DNA of 64,000 nt, taken from NCBI GenBank assembly GCA_963739685.1, contig CAVUAX010000002.1, positions 71,290 through 135,289 on the forward strand, written 5' to 3'. Under the pieces are notes generated by a model. The model was not told the origin of the DNA, did no database searches, and was given only the letters and a program-made list of their open reading frames with translations. The stretch is from an uncultured Bacteroidales bacterium. GTDB taxonomy: Bacteria; Bacteroidota; Bacteroidia; Bacteroidales; VadinHA17. Below are positions 50,901-60,687 of the stretch, one piece after another (position 1 is the first letter of the stretch; the number at the start of each line of letters is the position of its first letter). The translations under genes and the position numbers were made by a program.

Positions 50901-50963
50901 AGAGAGACAAATGCCCCTCAGCACGGTCATATTCCAATAACTAATTCTGAAACTGCAAGTTAT

Positions 50964-53900
50964 TTAACTTATAGCCACTACTTTATAGCGAAATACTAAA
51001 TATAGGTCTTTAACCTTATGATCATCCAATGCCGAAGGGTCAGATGCTATTGGTGTCATCGGCGCAAATATCCCAGGAACCGTAATGCTCAGATTAATTA
51101 TTAAAGGTTGGACAACTGGCATAAATGGTGCAAAAACCGTTCTTGTCACTGAGGCTTTCAGGATACTTGAATGGTCATCCCTGCGCCATTCAGAAACGGG
51201 AATTACAACTGCTGTTCCATTAGCCTGAATCCCCAATTCAAAAGTAAATGGTTCCAGCGGAATTTCCACTTCTCCATCTTCATTTCTAAAACCATTTTCA
51301 TCCGGTTCTAATATCAATTCTGCAGATTCAATTTGTAATCGTTTTCCCTGTAAAAATAATGGGAAATGCTTTTCACTTAACTCAAGAGGTACTATCTCGC
51401 CAACCGGGCTGTGCAATAACCTGTGAAAGGTTTGGGAAAACTCCTGGCGAAAGCTGAATGCACGGGGGATAGTAAAATTACTGCCGGTTAATAACTCGTT
51501 CAACCGTCCTGTTTCTCCTTCAACACTATTTCGGAATTCTGAATCATATTCTGCGGTATAACTGATGTGAAGAATTACATCATTTATAGAATCATAATTA
51601 AACGGACGGAAAGTATCAGGCAACTCAATTTCCCAGGTACTATTCACAGCCCCTGCTCCCTCAAAAGGCATATAACGTTCATCCCTGAAATCCAGCCGAA
51701 ATACGCCACTGTCATTTTGTGCTGTACTGGTGGCTACCGTTGCAGAGCGTGATGGTGGAACCAGGATTAATTCACTGCTGCCAGCCATATCCAGCTGAGG
51801 GATTTTTCTTATATAACTTTCTTTTAGTGTCATAACAGCACTTACATTACTATAAGGACCCGTAATGCAGGGAATGGTCAATCTGGCAGATTTAACGCTG
51901 CGACGATATTGTCCGGGATAAAACAAATCAAAATAAAGTTCCGGTACAGTAAATTCGCATTTGCCTGTAGTTTTAAGAGTCAGGAGTGCTGAGGGATCAA
52001 TTTGTGTGAGCGAGAAAGCCTGATCTATTTCCATATTGCGGGTATTTGTTTCCATGTACCGCAATTCCATATGCCGTAAGGCATTCATTAACGTTTCACC
52101 AGCCATAAGACCCGCTCTTGAGGCATCCCAATAATTACCATCCAATAAAACTGAGGTATCGTCATTCCTTTCAAAACGATAAGCACGTTCCGCCATTCGT
52201 GCTATGGTCATTGCATTTTGATAAGTTTCTCTGTACATGCGCTGCAATTGAGAGGACATCCAGGTATATAAACCAAGGCTGGTAAATTTATCCCTGTAGA
52301 ATTCGTAGGTTTCCTGTTGCTGTTCAATACTTTTTTCATTCACCTCGCGCGATTTAACAGATATATCCCTTCGTATATTAGCTCCCTCAATTTGCTTTTC
52401 AATTTCCCGGAGCTCTTGATTTGCTTGGTCCAGGCTTAATTGCCAGCCTTCTTCTCTACGTTTATATATACCTTCCTGACCTGTAAGTTCTGCACCTATA
52501 AAGGAGAGTTGGCTTAAAGTGTTAAATCCTTGTGCTGCAAATAAAATTGCCTGAGAAGCATCATGAGGAGGAGTAGTAAAGCTAAATCCCAAAATACTGG
52601 GCGGAAGCGCCAAACTACCAGCAGCAAACTGAAGCGCAACAGTAGGAGCCTTTAATGCATGCCCGGTAATTTTTAGAACATTTTGTGCTACCTCTAAATC
52701 ACTTAATCCTTTATTAATCAGATTATCATAAAAATTTCTTCTGTTCTCAATTGTGGTTTCCCTTCTTCTTAACCCCTCCAGACCTGCTTCAGCTGATGAG
52801 ATCTCCAAATCCCTGAGTCTGGATGTCATTTTTAAAACCTCATCCTGTTGTGCAAAACGCAACAATGAAAGCTCTTCCCCGCTTTTCTTGTCCAGCGCTC
52901 CTAATAATGCCGCTCCGAAGCTCTGAACTGCCGAGGCATATTCTTTGGCTTTAGCCAGTAAAAAGGCAAACCGATAGGGTGGCAATTCTCCCTGTACTGA
53001 ATTCAAAACTTCATCTATAGACAATCCGGCAGCTTTTGCCCGAACAAGCAACCGGGGATCAATCTCAGGTGCAAAGAGAGGTATTTGCCTTCTGATGCCA
53101 CTAAAGTTCATACAGTTCCTGATCTTAAAGAGGCGGTCTTCCAACCGGTCCCAATATGCAATTAAATCGGGATTGGGAGGAATACAAAACAGGCAGATCT
53201 GTTTTAAAAAGCTGGTATGAAAGGAGAGAATATCTAAAATATTCCCTGCATGCTCTTTCCAATCCATACCCAGAAAGTCATTCCCTGTCAGATAACCCCC
53301 TTCTGTCAGGCTTGTATCAACTGACGGCATGTCCGTTGTTAAGCCAGTGAAATCTGAAGGAGAGGCGCCAGGTCCAGAGTAAGTAGTAAAGAAGAACATG
53401 TTCCTTGTAGTATTTTCAGCTTCCAGAATAAAACTCCCCCCGATGTAAGATTCACTGTCTTCAACAGATGTTCGTTCTCTGCCCCTGTTTATTGTATTTT
53501 CAATGCTGTTAAGGAAATTATTGCATATCGAACCATCCATTATTCTGCTTATTTCTTCGAAGGTCTTATCATTTTCTCCCTTATCACAATCCCCAAGTTC
53601 CGCAGGGCGTTTTCCCAGAATTTCCGAAGCCATTACATAGAGTAAAGTTGCCTCATTTATCGACTCCATACTGTCTTGTGCAAAAAGCTGATCCCCCCAG
53701 TCCAGAAGGTTGTCCACATACTTCATAACTATCGTCTTCTTATAAGCCCCGATACGTAAACGGGCTATGGCATGTGGATTAAACGGATCTGTTTCATATG
53801 CCTGGATTGCCTGTTCATCATTAAGATTATCATACCAGGTATCAATACTAAGGTTACGGAATTCAATATACTGCCAAACCCGGTCGGAAGGGTTTGATCC

Positions 53901-56900
53901 CGGACTTTCAACTATATTATTGGCAGTGGGGTTAAAAATATAATGGTACCAGCGCTGGGCATCAGAGTATTTCCCCTGACTGTTTAAATAGTTTGCTATC
54001 AGGAAAGGGATATGGAAAAAAATTTCACGGAAATAGACACTCATAGCTCCTTTGGAAGGGATAAAACTGATATCATTCCATACATACTCTTCTCCAATAG
54101 TAGCCTGGGGGCTATTCTCAGTAATTTCATCTTTCTGATAATCAATATCCAACAAGCTATTGATGCCATATTCAAATAAACGACCGGACATTTTATCAGA
54201 CAATGTGGTACCTAACCTGTTAAGAGCATAAGGCTTGCCTGATGGTCCAGCATGAAGGTGCAATAAGTCGTTGTTATTATTAACGAGTACATCTGAAAGA
54301 CTCCCGTTAATAAGATCAAAGTAAACTGTTTCTCCATTAAACTGAGCAAGTGTTGCCTCCGATCCCGGGAAATAGAGATCATTCTTAAAAACTTCATTAC
54401 TTGCATAATACTTAAATCCGTAATATGAAGAACTGCGTTCCCAATAGCCAATAGTATTATGATCTTTAAGAGGCCGTTTAACAGGTATAACCAGAGGATA
54501 AGAATCTGCACTTATATTTTCACCAATTTCTCTCGTATATAATACCAGAGCATTATGTATAAAATAATTTCTAAGTATTAACCAGCCTGTTCTTTCATCT
54601 ACCGACGGATATATACCAGTATACCTCCAATCTCTTATGGTATAATTTTCATCAGCTTCAGGCATACTTGTAATTTCAGTCAATCTGTAATACGGGCTTT
54701 CCCTTATAAGAACAGGTTGGGGCGGTGTCCAGGTGCTGTCTAATTGCAGACAAGAATATTTTGTCTGAAAAGTATGAATATATTCTGCTTCCTCTGTACT
54801 TCTCCATTCTGATTCAGGTCTTGGGCGCGTAGTTATCTCCACCCAAAAAAGATATAATTTCCCTTTATAAACAATCGGAGATATCTTTTTAACAGGGATT
54901 TGTATGTTTATTTTCTTCCAGGTGTTGTACCGGACACCAAACTCTCTCCACTTTTTTTCTCTTTTATATATATTTTTTATTGTCCGATAATAATATACTG
55001 GTGGTTCTGAAGATGTTAATCCAAAGATATGAAGAGTATCTGCTGCTTTATTAATGGTGGATGAATTATTCAAACCATCCAAATCCAGATGGTGATAGGC
55101 TCCGGCGATTTTCAAAGATGCCAGTTCTTCAAATCCTTTCATGTATCTGGCATAAGCATCCAATGAATTTTGAGTATTGATTGGCTGTTGCAGTAAAGTA
55201 GCTTCCAGCTCGGAAAATAGTTCTGATTTATTGTCCCTGAGATCGGGCTCAATATAGTTTTCAGGATAAAGAAAGACTTTTCTGTTAGCTTCCCAAACCC
55301 TGTAATTCTTTCGCCATTCCCATTTTTCTGCCGGGATATTTTCAGGTAGTACATGGGTAAGACCATCCTCACTTTGCTCCAGGTTCATCAGACACCGCTG
55401 AATGTAAAGCTGTAAAGCAGATATTCCGGCTGCCACCCGTGATGTCCGTGCGCAGCCCATTAATTCAGTATCAATTAAAAAATAATTATAGAGATCGTGG
55501 GTTGACCTAAACCATTGTAAACTCTCATCCTCAGATGTATCCACTTCATCATATCTGAACGTATTGAGAAGATAATCCGTAAGAGCATCCCGCTTCCTCT
55601 CCCGGATTTTATCTTCAAACGGGCCTATGTTCTTTTCCCATTCTTCTTCGTTATCATATTTAGTGCGTATAGCCGTTATTACTGCCTTGACAGCAGTAGC
55701 CAGGTCATTAAAATCATTGGAAATAAACCGTGGTAAAACCTCTCCTCCAATACCTAAAAACTGAACAAGATGAACAATGTCAGCAAATTTATGAAGTGCT
55801 TTTAATCCTTCATTTGATAAAGTTGCTGATGTGCTCATATTTGGAAAAACAATGACATTGTTAAGTACAGTCACCAAACTGCTTTCAGCATTTAATACTG
55901 ATGACAATTTGTCCGCATCACTCACAGAAAAACGAGCTGGCACTCCATCATATGCATAACCGGATAATGCGGCATGGAAATCGTCAACTTCTCCATTAAT
56001 ATCTTTGCGTAACAGGCGGTACAGCTCAGTTTCCTGTACATTTAAAAGTGAAGGCGACCTGTAATCATCAGGTATTCTGGCCTTAAACAGATTATTATCA
56101 CCTCCCGAATGTAATCTTATAAATTCCAATCCTTCCGGGCCAAACGCTTTATCCCTGAACCAGATTATCAGCTTTTGCATCATTCTTATTACCTCCTCCC
56201 AAACCACAAGTGGTTCCGTGGCCTGGGCAATACGCGTAAATTGCGAACTTAAAGCGGCATCTTCAAAGTCATACCCTGTAAACCGGGCCAGCATTTCCAG
56301 TTTTTCAGAAGAAGTTGCCAAACGGGTAGTAACAGCATTAAGGAATACAGTACTTATATGTCGGGATAACAATAATCCTCTGGCAGCATCTATTGGTAAG
56401 GGAACATCTGCCGGTATATGAATGGAAGAAGTTATATTGAAATCAGGACTGAGCCAATACATGGCGGTGCTTTCCACAGGTTCAAACAATGCAGGATTAG
56501 CAGCAATTATTTCCCTGGAATCTTCCAGGCCAAGGCCGGCAACGCCTACAAACAGCCGGTCTGATATTTCAGGAGCTCCCGGTAGTATATAGCTTGAAAT
56601 CCGGTCTGCTATAAACAAATAAAGTATTTGTTGGTCGTCAGCAGATAAAATCCCACCTATAGACGGAGGAATAATAATATTTAAAGTATCGGGTGTACTT
56701 CTTGCACCTGTAGTTAATTCATATTGATCAGATGAACCCGGCACCAGTGCAAAAATTGTACTGTTACTTTCCAGAATTTGTTGTGATATGGTATCATCAA
56801 TCCCCTGAATCAGGGACAGAACATCAGACTCAACAGGCAATGCTGAGGGGGAAAGCTGTTCACTTATGAGCTTTAATAAAGCTCCCGAAACCTGAAGTTG

Positions 56901-59900
56901 TTGTTCTGCAGATAACGTTTCATCCAGGGGGGAAGGAATCGTAAAATTAAAAGTTGAAGGTACAATGGCGGGCATACGAAACTTTCGAAGGTCTGCCTGA
57001 AGAATGATACTATTATTTGCTTCAGTAACTGCACGGGACTGACTTTCTGAAATGCCATTTACATAAGAAAACAAAGTATCTGCGAACAATAAATTTTCAT
57101 CAGCCTGGATTTGGCTCCAGATATCATAGGCCATAATCACCGGATCCTCAAAAAGATCTTCCCCTGATAAAGGTTCATTAAGTATAAATGCCAGTTCATT
57201 TATTGAAAAATTGCTCTTTTTGTACCAATCCATTAATGTAATAAAAGTCTCAGCTGCTTCAAAGCCGGTTATGTAATTTCCTGTAATTAAAGGTTCTATG
57301 TTTAAGAAAAAGAAAAGCTCCTCAACCTTAATCTTATATTTTTTGAATAATAATGCATGGCGATATAAAATTGTAAGACTGGCAACACTTAAGGTAAAGG
57401 TTCCACTTGTTGCTCCTGTTTCTGAAAGACCAAGCGGAGTTTTTAAATTTTCAATCAACAGGAACAATTCTTCATCATTAATACCAAATCCTGCCAGCAG
57501 GCGGTGTAAAGTTGTGGTATCCGGGTCTTCTGTCGCCTCAGTGATATAGGCGGGATGCTTAAAGGTAAGGCTGCCATCTGACAGATTCGTATCCTGCCAA
57601 CGGTCTGATTCTTCTTTAATGAAGCTGCGAAGATTGAACTTCTGATCGAAAAAGGAGGGTGAATCCTTTACTGGGATTTCATTGATTATGATACATAACT
57701 CATTTAAATTTATATTTAGCTTCTTTTGGATATCGACAAGCTTTACCAGCTTGTCAGGGAATAAATTATGGCGGTCAGCAGCGGGTAAGCCATAGTATTC
57801 ATGCATGTGATAAATCACCTGATCCAATTCAGGTACAGACCATGCCAACCGGCGCCATAAACGGATAAAACGGTGCATACGGTCCAGAGTATCCACTGTG
57901 GCATTGTGCAGATATTCAGTTTTGAACTGAACATCTTCTGCCGGTCCCGGAACTATCATCACATCAGATGATGAACCTGACTGAATAAAATAACTGGAAA
58001 TCAATTCCGTTAATTCTCCACGCGTAATGTCGAACTTGGACAGGAGGTGCTGAACATTGATATCATCAAAGCTTCCATCGCTATTAATGGTTATGCTGTA
58101 TAGCCCTTCCAGAAATGCTGAATCTCTGTTATCTGCCAGCAAAGTATACTGCACTGAGGAGAGATTCAAACTCGCCATGGGTATTGCATGGGAATGATCA
58201 TTTATTTCTGCCAGCATGATTTTTACAATAGAAACCCGGGTTATCGGGAAATGCTGTAAATAAATATCTAATTCCGTAAGTGGCAAATGAAAAGGTTGTT
58301 TAAAACTATTAATGTATAAAGGATCTTCACCAGTCCGGCTCAACAGATTGTATACAAAGTTTTCAACAGAGTATCGTTCCGGGAATGAATCAGCAGGTGA
58401 CAAACCATTTCTTTCCGAATAAATAAAATTCTCCAGAATTTCATTGCTTATTGTCAGATAGGGTACCAGCTGATGAGTATTTTCACAATTAAGAACCAAA
58501 CCATTCCATAGATCGGGACGTCTCTTATAGGGACTGATAACATTATTTATATTCCCGCCACGAAAATGAATATCCAAAACATTCATTTTCAAAAAAATCA
58601 TGAGGTCTACAAAATATGCAGACGGACTTAAAATGGAGGCACAATGTTCGCACCTGCAGTAATCTGTTTCACCAAAAAACGCATCATAACCGTCAAGGCG
58701 GCGTAAAAAACTGTTTATTTCCATGTCTGCATTTTCAACCGGACTTTCATGTAAAGGATCATTAATCCTGTCAATAATACCTCCCATCATAGTACCAAGG
58801 TCAAGTGCGGTCCTTCGGGCATTTTCATAATATTCCCTTGCAAAAGGTTCGTCAAAGCCTGTTTTTTCAAAAAATACAGGAAAGCTGTCGCTGGTAATTT
58901 CATTTGCTCCGCTGTAATGTTCTTTAAGCTTAAAAGTTGCTGAAGCATTGCGTGTGATTTTATACAGGCGCTGATTGGTTTTAAGATTGTTTAATATAAT
59001 TACCTGTTCAGGATCAGAAATACCCTCAAAGCTCATTTTTTCGATATCTCTGCTCTTTTCAGTATAGTCCAGTGAAAGGAAATTAAGAGAGTCATTAGTA
59101 TTATAAAACCGTTCCATCAGGGGTCTGAGGCTGTCAGTTTCAAGGGTACTGCTCCTTTTTATAAATACCTGATGGGGATAGAGTGTTTCTATCTGCCTTT
59201 GTTTTAACGCAGCCATCTTTTCCAGATCCTTCTCACTTTCATTTCCAACAATTGTCGAATCCCTTAATACTTTTTTCCAGTCCTCCTGCTCCCATGAAGC
59301 AAGATCTTTCAGAGAATCTGCAGGTTTATTGGAATTATAATTTTTTATGGCATTATACAACTTCATATTGCCATTAGATAAGGTGTAAATATTGGCATTA
59401 AAATTTAAGATCCTCCCCTCATCTTCTTTAAGCACCTTGTTATCCGTCAATGTTTTAATGTCTTTTGGACCTATTTTCCATGGTGACAGATTCCTGGAAA
59501 TAAGCTGCTTTGTAACGGAATCCTTCAAACCGGTAATATCTGCCACTTTATACATATCCGCCAGCATTAATTCCTGTTGAAATACAGGATTATCCTTTAC
59601 AGGTGTATCAGGCCGGAAAAGGTCATTTAAAGTTACGGGGCCGTCCCAGGTATCCAGTTTTTTTTGTGCATCTCTTTTATCTGAAGGTTTCAGATAGCTA
59701 TCTTCCAGCACCTCACTGATATATTCGGTAACCGGTTGATTAAGATCTGTAAGCACGTTGAAATCCAGTGATTTGGCAAAATGCTTCAGGTCATAGGCAG
59801 CCTCACTGAAAAAGCTGACAGTTCTGTTCTTTAGTTCCTGATGGGCCTTTTGCAGAAGGACTGCGTACACATCCGGATTTTTGACTTGCAGAGAAGATGG

Positions 59901-60617
59901 CGTGTTTTCTTTATTCTCTGAGAGGTTAAGTACAATTGCTTTAGGAAGATCCGGATCTTTTGATTCTTTACCTTCCGGAGACCGCTCAATTTCTATTTTA
60001 ATACCTTTCCGGCGTTTTACATTTTTCAGAGGTTTGCCCTCCGTACTATGGATCATTTCATCTCCGGAGTAGATACGGAAAAACAGATCCGGAAGATCAT
60101 CTTTTGAGTTGTCTTTAAACCGGGATTCATCATACTGAATATAAAACCCTCCGTTCTGATCTGTAATTGCCACGCCTAACTGATCACATATCTTTTTATC
60201 CTTATCCCATGCCTCAACTTTTACACCGGGAACAGCCATTGCGGTCTGTTTCACAATTACCTTACCTCCAACCGAATAGGTTACTTCTGCTTCGGAAGGA
60301 TTAACAGCTTCACCGGCATCAGTAATAATTTCAACATTATCGAGGCTCCGGACATTTTTCAGGGGATGACTTTCAGTGGTATGAATCACCCTGTCGCCCT
60401 GGTATACCAGAAAGAATACATCAGGAAGTTTATCCTGTATGGCATCATAAAAGCGGTTTTCATCATAAGCAATGGAAAATGCTCCATCCAAACCTGTATA
60501 GGCAGTACCCAGGTAATCGCTTATTTCTTTGTCTTTATCCCAGGCAGTGATTTTAAAGCCTGAAAGTGGTTGCTTTTGATTATTCAGCAATCGTCCGGAG
60601 ATGGTGTATGTTGGCAT
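50964..60617 (-). CDS. Giant TcA-like protein (Tc/ABC toxin complex subunit A family, translocation channel component)
   Basis: 3217 aa. The segment PPNPDLIAYWDRLEDRLFKIRNCMNFSGIRRQIPLFAPEIDPRLL (53046-53180) matches my recollection of a conserved TcA segment. So does the C-terminal RYMPFEGAGAVNSTWEIELP...NDVILHISYTAEY (from 51677 downward). CRCEHCASILSPSAYFVDLM is an N-terminal VRP1/SpvA-like motif. It lies next to an RHS-core gene. Confidence 0.8.
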   Translation of the reverse strand: MPTYTISGRLLNNQKQPLSGFKITAWDKDKEISDYLGTAYTGLDGAFSIAYDENRFYDAIQDKLPDVFFLVYQGDRVIHTTESHPLKNVRSLDNVEIITDAGEAVNPSEAEVTYSVGGKVIVKQTAMAVPGVKVEAWDKDKKICDQLGVAITDQNGGFYIQYDESRFKDNSKDDLPDLFFRIYSGDEMIHSTEGKPLKNVKRRKGIKIEIERSPEGKESKDPDLPKAIVLNLSENKENTPSSLQVKNPDVYAVLLQKAHQELKNRTVSFFSEAAYDLKHFAKSLDFNVLTDLNQPVTEYISEVLEDSYLKPSDKRDAQKKLDTWDGPVTLNDLFRPDTPVKDNPVFQQELMLADMYKVADITGLKDSVTKQLISRNLSPWKIGPKDIKTLTDNKVLKEDEGRILNFNANIYTLSNGNMKLYNAIKNYNSNKPADSLKDLASWEQEDWKKVLRDSTIVGNESEKDLEKMAALKQRQIETLYPHQVFIKRSSTLETDSLRPLMERFYNTNDSLNFLSLDYTEKSRDIEKMSFEGISDPEQVIILNNLKTNQRLYKITRNASATFKLKEHYSGANEITSDSFPVFFEKTGFDEPFAREYYENARRTALDLGTMMGGIIDRINDPLHESPVENADMEINSFLRRLDGYDAFFGETDYCRCEHCASILSPSAYFVDLMIFLKMNVLDIHFRGGNINNVISPYKRRPDLWNGLVLNCENTHQLVPYLTISNEILENFIYSERNGLSPADSFPERYSVENFVYNLLSRTGEDPLYINSFKQPFHLPLTELDIYLQHFPITRVSIVKIMLAEINDHSHAIPMASLNLSSVQYTLLADNRDSAFLEGLYSITINSDGSFDDINVQHLLSKFDITRGELTELISSYFIQSGSSSDVMIVPGPAEDVQFKTEYLHNATVDTLDRMHRFIRLWRRLAWSVPELDQVIYHMHEYYGLPAADRHNLFPDKLVKLVDIQKKLNINLNELCIIINEIPVKDSPSFFDQKFNLRSFIKEESDRWQDTNLSDGSLTFKHPAYITEATEDPDTTTLHRLLAGFGINDEELFLLIENLKTPLGLSETGATSGTFTLSVASLTILYRHALLFKKYKIKVEELFFFLNIEPLITGNYITGFEAAETFITLMDWYKKSNFSINELAFILNEPLSGEDLFEDPVIMAYDIWSQIQADENLLFADTLFSYVNGISESQSRAVTEANNSIILQADLRKFRMPAIVPSTFNFTIPSPLDETLSAEQQLQVSGALLKLISEQLSPSALPVESDVLSLIQGIDDTISQQILESNSTIFALVPGSSDQYELTTGARSTPDTLNIIIPPSIGGILSADDQQILYLFIADRISSYILPGAPEISDRLFVGVAGLGLEDSREIIAANPALFEPVESTAMYWLSPDFNITSSIHIPADVPLPIDAARGLLLSRHISTVFLNAVTTRLATSSEKLEMLARFTGYDFEDAALSSQFTRIAQATEPLVVWEEVIRMMQKLIIWFRDKAFGPEGLEFIRLHSGGDNNLFKARIPDDYRSPSLLNVQETELYRLLRKDINGEVDDFHAALSGYAYDGVPARFSVSDADKLSSVLNAESSLVTVLNNVIVFPNMSTSATLSNEGLKALHKFADIVHLVQFLGIGGEVLPRFISNDFNDLATAVKAVITAIRTKYDNEEEWEKNIGPFEDKIRERKRDALTDYLLNTFRYDEVDTSEDESLQWFRSTHDLYNYFLIDTELMGCARTSRVAAGISALQLYIQRCLMNLEQSEDGLTHVLPENIPAEKWEWRKNYRVWEANRKVFLYPENYIEPDLRDNKSELFSELEATLLQQPINTQNSLDAYARYMKGFEELASLKIAGAYHHLDLDGLNNSSTINKAADTLHIFGLTSSEPPVYYYRTIKNIYKREKKWREFGVRYNTWKKINIQIPVKKISPIVYKGKLYLFWVEITTRPRPESEWRSTEEAEYIHTFQTKYSCLQLDSTWTPPQPVLIRESPYYRLTEITSMPEADENYTIRDWRYTGIYPSVDERTGWLILRNYFIHNALVLYTREIGENISADSYPLVIPVKRPLKDHNTIGYWERSSSYYGFKYYASNEVFKNDLYFPGSEATLAQFNGETVYFDLINGSLSDVLVNNNNDLLHLHAGPSGKPYALNRLGTTLSDKMSGRLFEYGINSLLDIDYQKDEITENSPQATIGEEYVWNDISFIPSKGAMSVYFREIFFHIPFLIANYLNSQGKYSDAQRWYHYIFNPTANNIVESPGSNPSDRVWQYIEFRNLSIDTWYDNLNDEQAIQAYETDPFNPHAIARLRIGAYKKTIVMKYVDNLLDWGDQLFAQDSMESINEATLLYVMASEILGKRPAELGDCDKGENDKTFEEISRIMDGSICNNFLNSIENTINRGRERTSVEDSESYIGGSFILEAENTTRNMFFFTTYSGPGASPSDFTGLTTDMPSVDTSLTEGGYLTGNDFLGMDWKEHAGNILDILSFHTSFLKQICLFCIPPNPDLIAYWDRLEDRLFKIRNCMNFSGIRRQIPLFAPEIDPRLLVRAKAAGLSIDEVLNSVQGELPPYRFAFLLAKAKEYASAVQSFGAALLGALDKKSGEELSLLRFAQQDEVLKMTSRLRDLEISSAEAGLEGLRRRETTIENRRNFYDNLINKGLSDLEVAQNVLKITGHALKAPTVALQFAAGSLALPPSILGFSFTTPPHDASQAILFAAQGFNTLSQLSFIGAELTGQEGIYKRREEGWQLSLDQANQELREIEKQIEGANIRRDISVKSREVNEKSIEQQQETYEFYRDKFTSLGLYTWMSSQLQRMYRETYQNAMTIARMAERAYRFERNDDTSVLLDGNYWDASRAGLMAGETLMNALRHMELRYMETNTRNMEIDQAFSLTQIDPSALLTLKTTGKCEFTVPELYFDLFYPGQYRRSVKSARLTIPCITGPYSNVSAVMTLKESYIRKIPQLDMAGSSELILVPPSRSATVATSTAQNDSGVFRLDFRDERYMPFEGAGAVNSTWEIELPDTFRPFNYDSINDVILHISYTAEYDSEFRNSVEGETGRLNELLTGSNFTIPRAFSFRQEFSQTFHRLLHSPVGEIVPLELSEKHFPLFLQGKRLQIESAELILEPDENGFRNEDGEVEIPLEPFTFELGIQANGTAVVIPVSEWRRDDHSSILKASVTRTVFAPFMPVVQPLIINLSITVPGIFAPMTPIASDPSALDDHKVKDLYLVFRYKVVAIS

Positions 60618-60687
60618 TTGGAAAGAACTTTAATTAAAGATTAAGTATTATATAGTTAAAAGATTTACCTCCATTTCTTAGAATATT

